The position numbers and the translations under genes were made by a program. From Camelus dromedarius (lineage: Eukaryota): a stretch of DNA of 64,000 nucleotides. Location of the stretch: NCBI RefSeq assembly GCF_036321535.1, contig NC_087437.1:38256001-38320000 (forward strand), given 5' to 3'. Of this stretch, positions 37,961 through 53,040 are shown one piece after another (the stretch's first letter is position 1; each line of letters starts with the position of its first letter). The notes below the pieces were generated by a model. It did no database searches and was not told where the DNA came from. It was given only the letters and a program-made list of their open reading frames with translations.

Positions 37961-40239
37961 GATGCTCCAGTCTATTTTAAAAAGTGGACAGTGAGGAAAA
38001 AGTTAAATACAGTTCTTTAAAAAAAAGTTTATACTTAACTAACTAATACCAATTACTAACACTAATTAACTAATACTTTTCATATACAAAATTATAAAGA
38101 CTATGATACAATATTTGTCAAAAATATTATAATTTATATTGCCAGAAACCTTTCCGTGTATTCAGTAAATCTGAGTAGCTTAAATAGAATTGTAAAAAAA
38201 CAGTGTGATACATTGTAAGGAAAAAAATATCTGAGTTTTCTTAGAAATGAACAGGAAAACAATTCTATGAAAATTAACTTTTATTTTAAACGTATTTCCT
38301 AGATATATTTTCAACTTCAAAGTTACACATAAAAATAATTTCCCTCAAATTTCACTGTTTCTTCTTAAATGTAGAGAAATGTTGGGAACTAATTTCATCT
38401 AAAAAGCACTAAAGCAATAAATATATCAGTACTATGAGTAGGAATTCCAAATCTCTGATTCCACTGCAGAAAAAGTATCATTGTAACTAAAACAGAGCAT
38501 ACTTGATTATCAAGTATTATTTTTCTTTTAGTGAAGTAGAATTCTGTAATATCACTGCATAAACAATAATACCCCATGTATCTGTAAATAAAATTTTTGC
38601 TTATGTTATTTATGTCTAGAGAGCTATGCATTTTATTTCTATCAAAAAAATCTAATTTATTGTAAATCTGATTACTTCTGAGTCTTTAAGGTTATTTTCT
38701 ATTATTTGTAATATCTACATTTACTTCTTATTTTCTTTTAGTTTATTAAAATGTAGAAAGATGACTATTAATGAAACATTTGTTTTTTTATTTGGATGGA
38801 AAGTCTTACAGCTTTTCAATTTCTTGAGAATCAAATTGTCCATGCAATCATCATACAATTTAAAAAATTCTAGTTCTTTTACAGTCTAAAAGGAAAAACT
38901 TCTAAAGGAAAAAAAAGAAAGCAAAGATTCTAATATCCAAACAAAAATAAAATTGTTTTTGAGAGTTTTATTCCAAGATAATGTTCTTCTTTAGTGTTGC
39001 ATGAGTAATTGTATACAGAAAGTAACTTCAAAGGACAGTAAAAATAACTATCTCAACATTTCAGTAGACTGATTATACAGAGAAAAGATGTGTGAATTTC
39101 AATAAAGCATAATTCATTAAAGAACAGACTTGGCGATGTATTTCTGACTGTGGCATCATTAAAGTATGCTTTTACTTTCAGAATTTAGATAATGCTAAAA
39201 TTTAAAATGAAAATTCTTGATGGTGATTATTTTTGAGTAACAGTTAATACAATAAAACACATTTCACAAGAAATAAACATTTCTCAGTTTTTCGGGTCTT
39301 GAAGTTTCTTGTAATGAGGAGCATGGCTTAAAGTGTCAGATTATATGATGGTCATAATTCATTGTTTTTGAAGAAATTAATGTTAACTTATTAAACTAAA
39401 AGTAGCCCCTTCAACTTTAACTATTGTAATTCTCAGAAAATAGTTTTACTTTTAATTTAAAATACACTACCTAAAAGTTACATAGTAAAATTTATATATA
39501 GCATAAAACAGCTGATCATTACATATTTGTGTATGGTTATATGTGATTTATCATTAACCGCAGCTTGTTCTATAAAATGGAGGAGTTTGATTCTCCTAAC
39601 TTTTAAATTGGACTAAAATTCTTCCCATCATAATTTCACTTTATTAATTCAATAGGTGTTACTTAGTTACTTTCTAATTGTATGTAGAAATGGTTGATAA
39701 ACCAGAGGCATTTGAACATAAAAAAGATAAAGAGAAAAAATAATGTAGGCTTTTTCCTCCATGAGATTTTTTTTTCTTCTGCTTATACTAAAAATCTACT
39801 TTTTCTATAAATAGATCTCTATTCTTAATGTGCCCTTGCCAAGTGTCATCATGTCGCTCAACTTTCCAGAGCATATTTTTTTTGCTCTTCAATTGGAAGT
39901 GATCATTATGGTTGAAATACTGGAGAAAAAAACAAAACACAAACAAAAAGAACAACAACAAAAACACTCTCTTCCCCCCACTCATAACACAGCTCATTTA
40001 CAGGTGTGCCAAATGCTCTTCTGAGTTGGCAACAAAGGAACTCAGTCCAGAACCTAAGGTTTCAGGAGGCAGTTCGAGCTTTATGAGCTAAATTGAAGCT
40101 GCCTCTCTTAGCCCATCATTTTACTATTTAGTTTTATTAAATTGGACATTAAAAATTTTTATAATGTTTAACCAATAAAATGTATATACCACCTTACAAC
40201 ATACTGAATCATCATTAGGTGAAATAATGAATGTGTCCC

Positions 40240-40657
40240 GCTGTTCTCTAGGGCACAGTCTTCACTTCAGAAAGACAACAGTCTTTATTAACCCCCAATA
40301 CATCATGTTCACTCCCAACTCAAAATAATTATTTCTCTCATTGCCTATCCTGTAATGTTTCTATCCTTTTACTCTTTATATGACTGTTCACATTTAGCCA
40401 GAGCTGTCAATGAAAGGTTTCCGTCCATTGATTTATTTTTTCCAGCCTCCTCTGGATGACACCAGTGTCTCATTCTCTAGCTCCATGGTACTCCTTTGTG
40501 TTATGACATAGCCACATGAAAACATGTCTCTCTGAATTGGTTTTAAATATATAGAAAAGCAAGCCCTTCATCTAATTTAGAAAATGAAAATTCTTCAGTG
40601 TTTAGAAAAGAGACTATACACATGAATGGGCTCAATAAATACTTGTGGAGTGAATGT
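40240..40657 (+). mobile_element. L2 3' fragment
   Basis: Ends gctcaataaatacttgtggagtgaatg. Confidence 0.5.
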
Positions 40658-41604
40658 AATCAAATTATAGAGGGAAAGAGAAATACATTCTTTTTTTGTC
40701 AATTAGGAATATAGAGATGGCTTAGGTTTTGTCTGCTTCTGAATGCACCATTGCCACTGGAACTGGGGCATTCCAACTCCCATGCTTATGACATTCAATA
40801 TTTTGGCTTCTAAATGGATATAGCATTTCACTATACATGCCATTATTCGATTACGTTTATCTTAACTAAAAAGAATATTTTATTGTTGAATTTTAAAAGG
40901 TCATTTTTTCCCCTTAACTGACTAACCCACATCCTGTTCGAGTAATTTTATTTCCAGCTCCTTCTACTGGAAATTGAATTAATTGAAACACTATTCTTTT
41001 GTAATGTATGATAAGCTTAGAAGAAATGGCTGCAACTTTACTGCAGCTGGGGAAAAAAAAATCTATAAATGAATCAGTGGCAGCTTCCCCAGCCAAATAT
41101 AGCTGTATGTCTTTTAAAATTTAGTGAAGATTAAAACTTTGTCATTTCAGTGCATCACTCAATTTAACATGTAGAATAATGTTCTCTGGTGAATGATGCA
41201 AGATAATGATATTACTGGAGAGATGTAATGATAAATGTTTGAGATAGAAGCTATCCTGGTTTAAATTACTATTTTTTTCTTTTTTAAAATGCACAAGGTC
41301 TTATATACAGAGACTTCTGAATATCATTCTGTGATAACTAACTAATAAAAGTACAGTCTCATCTATTACCTGGGAATGATGATACTTCTGATAAAAAGTT
41401 AAAGGTATCTTCTCTGATAGATGTTAATAATGTGAATAACTCTGTAATTTTACTGTTTTTGCACTGAAGCTATCCTGATATTGCAATTACATTAATGCAT
41501 CTAAAAATAAGCTACAACAATAGAGACAAATGAAATATACCTTGAATCACTAATCAGGACATGTCCTCAATTCATTTAAATCTTTTAAAAATTTGATTTA
41601 TGTG

Positions 41605-41668
41605 TATTATATATACATAAATATACACACACACACACATACCTATATACATACATATGTACACATAT
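41605..41668. repeat. Compound (TA)/(CA) microsatellite
   Basis: Read directly. Confidence 0.8.
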
Positions 41669-42689
41669 CTTTTTTCCTAAATGGAAGATTTTGATTGTAT
41701 GCAAACACTAACAATTGATTTTTTATTGAACTTATGTATCTGTTTAATAAATCATAGGCTTCTCCTGTGATATCAAACACTGTGTTTCTTTATATTTCTT
41801 ACCCAATATATGTTCTGAGTTCTTCCTGGTGTACAAAGAAACTTACTAAGTGACAGACTGCAAAATCATTAAGACTGAATATTCTCTTAGTACAAAAGAG
41901 ATCTCCAGTTAATGTGGAATCATTTTCACACAAAAAAAATCACAAAGTAAATACTTTTGTAGGTCAATGAGGATAATATTTTGAAGGGGAAGTTCATGTG
42001 TGAAGAAGCAACATTCTGTTTTCCCTTTTACCTGTACGAACTCTTTATCCCTCCCTACTCCAACCACCCTCCCACAGGCAATTTTACTGTAGTCTTCTTG
42101 CTGCACGGCTCATCAGTTCCTGTCTCACCCTCCCACATTCCTCATTTCACTGGCTATAGATTTTCAATCTTTTATTCTGCACTGATACTCTAGAAGTTAA
42201 CTAAATATGCTGTTCAATATCAGGAACTGGAGAGTTTTCCTGGCATATCAAAATAGGATACCCAAATATCTACTGGATTCCCGTATATCTTTGAGTACCC
42301 AAAATGCTGCTTTACATCTTTTGCTGCAGAGAACAGAATGTCCTTTCCTGTTGAAAAATGATCTGTATCTTATGTCATTAAGTTTTATTACTATAATGTC
42401 TTTACCTGTGACAACTGCACAGGGCCCCAAAGACACTGTAATTGAACCACAATGTGACTCTCTAGTTACTCCTCTCACCTTGGGAAGTCACGCTATGTGA
42501 TGTTTATGCTGATTACTAGCACAATGCAAGACATATACAATCTAAATGCCTAACTAATACAAGACCTAGTATTGTGACTGAGTCAACACTAAATGAATGC
42601 AAGCTGATTATAATAACATTGCTGTTTCTATTGGTTTGTTGGTTTGCAACCTACTTGGGAGCTGACCAAGTGTAATCTGGAAGCACCGC

Positions 42690-43075
42690 TGTATCTGAAG
42701 GCAGGGATAGACTGAGAAAAGGCAGACCCCATGAGATTGGCAGGTGGCAGGTTTAACAAGCAAGGGAATTTAAGATATTTGTCTTGGGCAGCTACAAGAT
42801 GAGTAAATTCCCTCATCTGCCCATCAGAATCTTAAAAGTTTATACAGACGTCTTAACTGTGTTCAGTCATGTACACAGGAAGCCTTACCTGGGTTCAGTC
42901 ACACACTCAGTTCAGAGGTCCTCAACACCACACTTCTATTTCAAGGCTATATCCTTGGGGTGGCTTTTGGGAGTGGGGAAAGCAAGCTGAACGCACATTC
43001 CAAGGACAGAGGAGGAGGAGGGGCACCTTCAGCTGCCTGGATTCAGCTCATGGGTCAACTGGGTCTTGACTTTCT
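42690..43075 (-). mobile_element. Solo ERV LTR (family unassigned)
   Basis: GC-elevated block with ggcaggtttaacaagcaagggaa (reverse poly-A-signal region) and aaagtttatacag (reverse TATA-like); internal 18-bp imperfect duplication at 42852-42869 and 42884-42901. Confidence 0.55.
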
Positions 43076-45439
43076 CCAAGAGCTCTGAAAAGAAATCAAA
43101 CATTAAAGAAACTCACATAAAATTTAGTTCAAGTCATTGCAAGTGTAACATAGATAGGTAAAGTAGACACACAAATTTGTGTGCAAGAGATGATGAAGTT
43201 TCCCATATTTAAACTGAGGGAAAAGTAACTGTGGAGTGGAAACATGTACAAGAAGCTACCACTGTCTAATACTGCCTTTGAATATGTTAACAATTAAGAG
43301 AAATGCACACTGGATGAAAAATTATTGTGTGTGTATGTGTGTGTTTGTCATGAGACAAACCCCTATTCAGCAACTTGCATTTGAAAATATCTTGTTGATT
43401 ATAATATTCAGAGATTTTATCTTGGGGAAAGGATGAATACTAGAAAAATATAGAATGTTCTGCCTCTTTGCAATTCTAAGTGAGACAATCTTTAAAAACT
43501 CTTACAATTCAGAGGAATTCATAGTAAAGAGCATCTTATAAATGAGATCCAATGGTAAGAAAATGCTTGGTGATGAAGAGATATCAGAAAACTTGAGAAG
43601 CTTGTGACACCCAAAGACGCAGCTGGTAATTCTCCAGAACACTGCTATAAACTCTCATTACCCTAGCTTGATGACAATTGTTCAGGCTTTTCACAGCTGT
43701 TTGGATTGCCAGAGCAGCTGTTACCTGCAAAAAATTATTTGAAGAGTCCTGTAGACTAGCCAATAGCCCTCTTAAAAAGACTGACCTGCAGCAGAGGAAC
43801 AATTGAGCAGCAGAAGTAAAACAGATACTAAGTTAGGTCTGAGGTGTCAACTGAAGAAACACTGATAATTTTACAGGGATTAGTGTTTTGACTTCTTAAA
43901 CTTGCATCTCTCAAGCTACTGAAGTGATTTCTGTAATCAATTCCTCACTCCATTTAAGGAAGAATAACTTGGGCAAATTTATAATTGTAATTTAGTACCT
44001 TGTGTAGACAAACTAATTACTTACTCTTTTCCTGATAACTCTTAAAGCTGAACAGTAGTCTTTTAAATATTTTGTGAAATAAACAGAATATTTGGAAAAT
44101 TATTTTTATCTGAGAATTTAGAAATAGTTTTCTTTCTTTACTTAACTTTTAGGCCTTTGGCACTGAACAGATGTTCATGATCTGCTGAAAGTTCATTGGC
44201 AATTTTCCACCTGTCATTGAACTCTGTTTTGAAAAGACTGTAAATGGCTGATTGGTACTGATAGCAGTATTTTTTTTAATCTTATTTAGAATGTGTAGAC
44301 ATTGAATTTCTCTGAATGATCCTAATGAAGTTCAAAACACTGTGTCAAATCCAGAGAATCTTGTTCTGTGTGCCCTATAGATTTATGTAAATTAGATCTT
44401 TACGCCCTTCAATGCTAAAGGTCTTTCATGTAACAGCATTATTTCTGACCTAATAATGCAAGTGTGTAAAAGCGTTTTATGAAGGCTTTTCAAGAGGCAT
44501 ACTCACTTCCTAGTAGCCTTTTCAATTTTGTACATAAAGGATGATATTGCAAAACAATAAAGAGGTATTCTTCCTGTAACATTAAAAGATGGCAATTTAT
44601 AAAGTTTAAAATAACACTGACTTTCAAGTGACTGAGTTTGCTATTTTTTTTTTAAGGCACAGTGTAGGGATAAATACACGTAATTTATACTCTTACAAAG
44701 TAATTTTGTTATTATAATCATACTTTTTGTCATGACATGGCTTATATATGTGTCACATCTTTAGAATTTGCAGCTAAGTTTTTTCTTCCTAGTGTAATGT
44801 CCATAAAACTTAGTAAATATTTAAGAATAGGGACATAACATAATCTGTATAGTATATGTCCTTGTTATATAGGACATCTGTGCATCTATATACAGTATTT
44901 CTTATACAATTCAGACATGTAATTACCTTCAAGGGAGAGTCATTCTGAAATATAGATATGAACACTTATTTCATTTTTAAAAACAATGTTGATGATATCA
45001 ATTCTGTGAACAGTACACTTTTTATACAACCACTTTTAGAACTGGTTAAACAGTGTTTGCAGTGTTTGGATTAGTCTAATAGAGCTTTAAAATGGGATTC
45101 ATATGATTACTTTATTGTAAAATAAGGTCTGTTATTTTGAGATAATGAAATATGTATTAATAATGCATTTGGCATTTCTATAATAATGAGTCTTGACCAG
45201 TCCGGACTACAAAGAATACAAAACAGACATCGCCTAAGAGAATTATGCTGTCTATATATTTGACTTGAATTTTTAGATAATTTTACTTTGTTACAGTTTT
45301 TTGCTGACTTGCTGTCCTTTAGGGAAAATAATTATTTTTTATTTAATTCTGTTCAAGACAAAAGTGTGCAAATGTAAATAAAACTAAACTTTTCCACTTA
45401 CAATTTGTCATGTTTACGATGTTTTGGCTATTTTAGATA

Positions 45440-45750
45440 TTAATAAAATTAGAATCATATACTCTTTTGTGCCTGGCTTCCTGTGCTGAGTGTAGCATCT
45501 GTGAGACCCATTACTGTGGTTGTGTATTAGGCATTTTTATAACTGTTCAACAGTATTCTACTCCTTGAATATATCAAAATCTGTTCATGCATTCCCCTAT
45601 CGATGGATGTTTGCATTGTTACTACTTATAAATTATTATTCCTATACAGGTTTTATTGTTAATACATGTATTTATTTTTCTTTGCTAAACATATAGGAAT
45701 ATAATTGCTGAGTCAAAGGGTAGGTGCATGCTGAACTTCAAAAGAAAGTT
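45440..45750 (-). mobile_element. Old L1 (L1ME-like) 3' end
   Basis: actcttttgtgcctggcttc..ctgtgagacccat..gatggatgtttg..aattgctgagtcaaagggtagg. Confidence 0.7.
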
Positions 45751-46194
45751 AAGCCTTTCAGACCTTGGCTTTTCCATCTGAATAGACTTTCAGTGCTGAT
45801 TGATCTCTCCACTTGCTATCACTTTATACAGATTACCTATTTCTTCTTAAGTTCTGGATAGGTGGGTTTTCTTGACAGATGTTCCTTTCTTTCTTTCTAA
45901 GGTAAGGCTAGAGCTCAAGGGTCAGTTTAATTGCTGCAAGTTTTAACATATGGGAAACTATCCTCTATGGAAGATGTGGTTCCAATATATCCTTATAGGC
46001 AGAGATCCAGAATTTAAAAAATCCCTGTCTTACACCTCAAAACTATTTTATTGATCCTGGATCATGTATTTTTTTTTTCTTATTTTGATTTCTATTTGAT
46101 TTAATTACTTGCTTCTCTCTGTACCACATCTTCCACTCTCTTTTCTTTTTTGTCCACTGAAGAGTCTCCGAACAAGACTTTCTGTCTCCAATTT

Positions 46195-46720
46195 TTGTTG
46201 AGTTGTCTTCCACATTGCAGTGAGAGTTACCGTCCTGCTGTGCAAATTTGAAAACATTTTCCCCTGCTTAAAATTTTTGCATGACTTTCTATTGCCCTTA
46301 TGATGAAAATCAAACCCATTTGCTATTTAGAAGGCTTTCCAATATCTGACTCTTCCTCATTTATCTCCTCTCATACTTCAGTCCCTTCTCCTCACATGTT
46401 AAGCCCTAGCAAGGCTGAACTCTTTTCGCTCCTTGAATTCATCAGTTTCACATTTACTTCTGAGTTTTTGTGTATTTTTCCCCTGTGTGAAACTAAATCT
46501 TCCCTCTCCTTCTTTCTCCTGTCTCAGCTCACCTGCTGTACCAGCTTCAACACTGCTCTTTCTGAGCATATTTTTGTATATTATTCCCACCCTTGTTCCT
46601 CTCATAAAAACATAATTTGCTTGTTAAAATATTCATCTGTGGAGGTATAAACCATTAGTCCTCTGTGTACTATTGTTTACAGCAGCGACCACAGTGCTTA
46701 AAACAATATTAAATCCCTTT
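46195..46720 (+). mobile_element. L2 fragment
   Basis: cttccacattgcag..cccctgcttaaaa..ctattgcccttatgatgaaaatcaaac. Confidence 0.55.
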
Positions 46721-47789
46721 TTAGATAGTATCTCCAAAGACTGTGCTAAATCTTTAAAAAAAATAATTAGACATCAAAAATGTTGAAAACAGTGCACACT
46801 TGAGAAGAGATGATTTTGAAGTTCTAAAGATATAATCTGAAGATATGATACTGCAAATAATTTGTGATTATTCACATATATTTAAATTTGGTAGAATTTA
46901 CCAAAATGTGGTTCTTACAAAATGGTGGTTCAAAACTCCAAATGAATTGTTCTGTAACCATGAAACCTAAAGAGCAAACTTCAGTTGAGTGATATTCTCA
47001 TGCAGAGGTATACAGTAAATGTGCATTCTCATTTTAAAAAGAATATTAATACAATAGTAAAATTTTTATTTCAAGAAAATGAAGCAACATTTGACACATG
47101 TCTTTGATTGAAAAGCTACTAACATGTAATTTTCAAAATGTGTAAGATTGTTTTGGCTATTTATCACAAACCTCTTATTTTTTATTTCCATTTTCAGTAA
47201 TTCTATTGATTTCCCTACTTTTATCACTCTTTTTATGACTGTGAGATTTTTCTTGACTAGTTAGAATAATTATACATTATATATTGGTAAGGTTTTTTAA
47301 AACAAGATCAATGAGGTGATATTCAGTGGAATACTTAGAGGACAAAATTTGTGAGTAAACATTCTTTTCAATTGAAGTCTTTAATTTGCAGAAGAAATAA
47401 GGTTCATATTGTGTTCAAAAGAAATCTCTTAGAGCTACTGACTTATTTTTTCAGGTTTGTAAATAAGGCAAAGAATGTCAATAATTTCATAGAATCAGGT
47501 AAAACCATGCCTACTATATAATGGTGGAGATGTAAATCAGTGGAAACAGTGTGTATTCGATAGGTATTATTCCGTGAATAAATTCCTTTTCTCACAATAA
47601 ACATTAGAGAAGCTGCGCAATGATCATAATTTTGTATTCAATGTTGCTTTATTTAAAAGAAAATCCTAATTTTTGTTGTTGATAAGAATGTTACCAAGAA
47701 ATCTTATTTTCCCTTTAATATATTCACTGCAGCCAAAAGTGGACTTGTTTTCCCCAAACTAAGTTTCCTTCTATGTTATGAATCGTGAT

Positions 47790-48110
47790 TAATGACACCT
47801 CATCCACAATTAACCAACTTGCTGTCTTGCTTCCTTAACCCTTTCTAATTCAGGAAGTTATTGGATCATTTCTCATTTCCCCATGTTAATCTTTATTGGT
47901 TTCACTCTTTATCTCTATTAATGCCTTCATCCAATCCTTTCTATTTCTCCTTAACTTCTGTAATGGATTTTCATCCAGGAAGTTTTGTTATTACTCTATT
48001 TTTTTCACACTGCTGCTAGCATTGCCATCCATATCTTGTCACTTTTCCTTTTAAAACTTTCAGTGACTCCCTACCGCCATCAAGATAAAATCTAATTTCT
48101 TAAGCATAAC
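47790..48110 (+). mobile_element. L2 fragment
   Basis: ttcacactgctgctag..aaaactttcagtgactccc..aagataaaatctaa. Confidence 0.5.
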
Positions 48111-49412
48111 CTGAGATGATATTCTTTCCTCGACTATTGTATAAACTGTTTCAAGCATTCTGATCAAGTTGTTAATTCTAAAAGATGTTTAACATAAAGC
48201 AAGCAGGAAGACTTATTTGTGCATAATGCACAAAAAGAAAAGCATGTTACTTCCTTTTATTCCCTCACATATCTCTTACCTTTGGTTCCAAAGTGAGGTG
48301 ATTTTGCAGACTGGTGTAGGATGAGTAACTATCCTGCTTCAGGATGGATATGGTAATAGATATAACATTAGGGAATTTTCTTAGATCGTGCCTTGACTGC
48401 ACAGGGTTCCTATTTTTCAGTTCTTTTATTCAAAAGTGAAAAGCTATTTCTGGTCAGATCTCAATAGACCACCTGAACATACAAGGTTTGCATGGCAACT
48501 GGATTTAACCTTCTGTTGTGTACATGTTTCGGAATTGGTAACTTATTAGTCCCTAGTGCATTCACCCAAGAAGTAGAATTTATTTACTGTTGGTTTATTT
48601 AATTATATATTCCTGAGGCTTACACATTTTATATGGGGTCTTACTTCTTATTTGCTCAATTCTGCTTGCATAATGAGACAATCTTATGAAAATCTGAAGA
48701 TAGAATAATCTTGTAGTTGACACTGGCTGACCAGATTAAGGATGTAAATGTTTCTTTCTGTTACAGTTCAGGGTGTTCACTTGTACCCCAGGGACGTGGT
48801 TAGTTTCTCTTCCAAGTCAAAATTTCCCACAAAAGTAACTGTAAAATATATATAAGGGGGTAGGAAAAGGGGATTCCTAGAGCTCATAAATCTTACACCA
48901 CTGCAGATTATTTTTGTTCATTTACTGAAGTTTTTTTATTTCACCAAACTTATCTATTTTGTCACAGATATTCTCATATAATGGTGGTTGTTTGACCTTA
49001 TTCACAGTGTATTATCACATCTAACTTTCATTCCCAAGTTTATAGATTGTTTTCAGGGTTCCTTTTCCAGTACTAGGACTGGTAAATTGTTTTAGAAATG
49101 GTATATTTATAGTCTAGAAACAATTATAAGGAGAAATATTTAAATAAAAGACATTGCCAAAATCATGGCAGAATTTCTGATTCATATAAACAGCAACTTA
49201 TTTCAAACTAAATTTATGTAGTTTGGTTGCTATTTTATGTTTGCCAGCTGAAGTTGACTCTTCATGTGGGAATAGCAGCTTCCAATTATTTGGTCTGCCA
49301 ATCTTTAGTTTCTGCAATTACAGATGAATTTTCAAACATAATTTGTATTTACATTATTTCAAACTTCGTGGAAAAAAAGAGATATGATAGATCTAAAATG
49401 TGGTATTTCAAA

Positions 49413-49886
49413 TGTGCTATGATAGATATTCCCCAAAGTTAGCTCCTTAACATTCCTGTCTTTTCTCCACTTATAGGCTCTGTGTTCTATCAGGAGATGG
49501 ATTTGGTTTCCTATTTTCTTGTATCTGAATTGAACTTGCTTTGACCACAAAAATTGGCAGAAGGGACACTGTTCCCATTCTTTGTCTTGCTCATATGAGG
49601 TCTAGTAGCTTCTACTGGATGACCATCTGTACTACCAGAGGATGAGAGACAGTGGAGAGGGAAGTCAGGGCTCGCAGCCAACATCAACTGCCAGTCATAT
49701 GAACAGGGCTTCCAGGACACCCAGCTGCAGTTGAGCTCCAGGCTGAATGCAGCTGCATGCATGGCCCCGATAAATCATGTGCAGCAGAACCCTGCATGAA
49801 TTCGTGACCCCTAGGACAATGAAAAATAATATGTAATTGTTTGAAGATGTTAATTTTGGGGAAGTTTATCATAGAGATCTGATACA
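49413..49886 (+). mobile_element. ERVL-MaLR solo LTR, MLT1G/H-like
   Basis: TG..CA ends; acttgctttgacca, catcaactgccagtcatatga, gctgaatgcagctgcatg. Confidence 0.75.
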
Positions 49887-51369
49887 TGCTTTATAAGCAT
49901 TCACTTTTAAATGAGGTTATATTGTCTCTGCAATTCAGAAACCAATTATGCCCTTTATTTCCTCCTTAGTTGAGATAATCAGAAAGAGAATTATAAGTAA
50001 TCCAATGTATGTTCTTCCTTGGTAACTATTTACACAATTGTCATCCTTTCAAAATGCTTACTATTTCTCTTTTATTTTCTACCTAGGTTCAAATTGTTCA
50101 TACAATTTACTTTCCCCTGAAGGATATAACCTAGTTACCCTTTTTAAACTTCTGCTTGCACTTCTAAATAAATTTAGAGTCTATTCCTCAACAATTACTT
50201 TCTTAATTCACCCCGTGAAGTCATTCCCTCCCCCTCTACACTCCCTCCATGTTCAGAAGCAGGAGTCACCATACTCTTGTGTTTCACTTTACGTCTCTGC
50301 CAACTGTTGCCCAGGGTAAGTAGTTAGTCCTCGTCTCCTCCATGTTTTATGCCAAGAATCAAGTGACTATTTAATAAGAATTTTTGAAGAGATTGATTTC
50401 TCCCCTTTCTCAACAACCTACGAGTGCACAAAATGTACAAAAGCAATCTACAAAATGTAGGTTCTTTGCTAATATTGGAAGGATAAACAACTCTTGAAGA
50501 AGTAGATACCGTTTTTCAGAATAATTTAACTAATCGTTATGTTACCACTACTCTGCAGGTCACAACTTTCTTCTTTTAATTCCTTTGTAAAAGTTAAATT
50601 ACATAGGTCTATTTGCACATGCACATGGTATATATCCTCTATACAAAATTAAAAACAAAAGGTGAATGACTCAATAGTGATCTGTTGCTATCTCCCTTAG
50701 AATTTTTTGTTTGTTAGTTTGTCTTGTTATTTTCTATTATTGCTGAGCTGCTGGAACAACAATAAGACTTATTTATAGCAGCCACTATTATTATGTGCAC
50801 GTAGGTAATTAGTCAGCCTATTAGTATCAATGGGACAGTCTATATAAATGTGATTCTAAACAGAAAAGGAATCATATTGTAATGATGTAATGGTAATATT
50901 ATTGCTTTTATTGTAGTTATTTTTATACAAGTTCTGAAGTTAAAATGTTGATTAAAAAGTTTAAAGTCATCTGCATAAAAAATAAATATTTTAAGGGGCA
51001 GATTATGAGTAGATATTTGTAACATGAAAATCTTTTAAATATAGTAATTCTGCTTCCCCAGGCAATAAATCATGGAGACTAAGAGAACAATCTGGAGTAT
51101 GGTTACATAAATATGATCTGTACTTACACGTATACCTAGGATGCCATTCAAGGAGAGAAAATCCCCATTTCCTAAAATCTGCAGATACTGGACGTCTATA
51201 ACCAGTTTTCTCTTCTTGCCTCCAGTTTATCTTTTTCTTACCTGCTCCTAGAATTTTACAACCATTCTTGTTTTATTTTATTTTCAAGACTTTTGATTTT
51301 CTATCTGTATAGTACTTTTGTGGTCTGCTATCACATGGTTTTAGCAAGGCCGGTTTTTTGGCCATGTGT

Positions 51370-51476
51370 TGAGATCCATTATATCAGACTCCTGGGTGAA
51401 ACCCAGAAAGTGGCATTCTGAACCAGCTCCCTCAGGTGATTTCACACATGAAAGTTTCAGCACAATTCTTCTCTAG
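51370..51476. mobile_element. MER5-like hAT MITE fragment
   Basis: atcagactcctgggtgaaacccag..gcattctgaaccagctccctcaggtgattt..aaagttt. Confidence 0.6.
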
Positions 51477-52229
51477 ACTCTATAGAGAAAGGAAAATTGT
51501 CCTATTAGTTCAGCTATCCTTAAGTAACAGAAAAATAAAAATGGAATGATAGAATTTGTGCTGCTGATGAGGGTAAAGGGGAAAATTAGGTGAGAGTGTG
51601 TTTTATTTTTCAGGTTGTAAGGCTGTCATGCAGACCTACTTAGTAATATCAGTGTTTTTTGGTACATTTATGAGGAAGAGTTATAGTTTTTAAAGATACT
51701 AGATTAATAGCATATCATCTAAATTTATTTAAAAATTTACATGAACCCTTGCATAATCTACTAGAAATCAGGCTTTTCTATTTTTCTTTGATTACCAATT
51801 TTTTTCTATTTACTAATTTAGTTCATAAAAGATGTTCTAAAATTTTCCTGTTGAAGGTTTTATGTGAAGTAATTAAAATTACTCTGGCAATGATATTGGC
51901 AAACTTTATATAGCTTTATGTGCATTTCTCATATTATCTTACATTTTGAGAATAGCAATCATTTCATAAATTTTTCAGTCTCTCTCTCAAAATACCATCT
52001 CTGTACCATGTTTTACATACTCTCTTTTCTGACACTTCTCAAAGATCCCTTGAATATTATCATGATAACCTCTAAAGGAAATACTGTCTTCTACTTACCC
52101 AAATAAATGCGTCAGTCAGGTACTGATTGGCTGGCAGTCAAGGCTGATTGGTTGTAGTCAAGGATAAGCAAGGAATAGTAAACCAATCCAGGATCAGAAA
52201 TTTCCAAATACTTTTTGACATCAGTGTCT

Positions 52230-53040
52230 CTTGCTGTCACCTCGGCCTAGATGGTAATAGTGCCTAGAATGAGCTGCAGCAATGGCAGAGAGCTACTCAA
52301 TGGAAGACACAGTCACTGAGAGAAGCAGGTCAAAACAGAGGGATGGAGGCAGGGAGATATTACTACATCTTCCTCCTTCCTCTCTCTGACAAGTCTTTGT
52401 GCCTCCCATTTTGCAATGAGAAAATTATAGCTTACCTCTACAGTCCTCCTAAATCCTCCGTGAGTTACACTGAGACTCAGATTCCATTTATCACCTGAAT
52501 TCCATTAACCCTACTCTAACTAGAAGACCATTGCAGTATATTGGTTTCCCAGGAAGCAGGAAATCATGTCAGTTCAAAGACAGGAAGTCTGAGATTTTTC
52601 TTTCCAAAGGGAAGAGTCACCTTGATCTATGGCCAACACTCCCTTTGGTGGGTAGCTTAGACTAAAAGAAGGAATAGAATGTACATTTTAGTGTTTGCAC
52701 TGCAGAGTTCATTCTCAAAGGAACCTGACCTGACCCTTAAGGGTCTCTGTGTCTCTGATCTGGTTTAGTATCACAGAAGATATGGCCAAATATGGGACAA
52801 AAAATATATAAAACAAACATTCCAAAAGTGTATCCTGGAATGGGTAGAGCTGGTGAATAAACAGCATGACCACTCTTTCCTCCTTCCCTCTACTCTCTTG
52901 CTGGTGCTTCCTTTTAATTAACTTCAGTCAAAAGATAGATGGCAAGAAAACACCACTGATACAGACCTTCGAGATTGGCCTCCTAGAACACTACCAAAGC
53001 AGAGTAGACAGGCCTGGAGAAGCAAAAGAATAAACAGCAG
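52230..53040 (-). mobile_element. Possible ancient ERVL/ERV1 LTR remnants
   Basis: Pyrimidine tracts followed by gtgcctcccatt / ctggtgcttcc..attggcc, typical of old LTRs; weak. Confidence 0.3.
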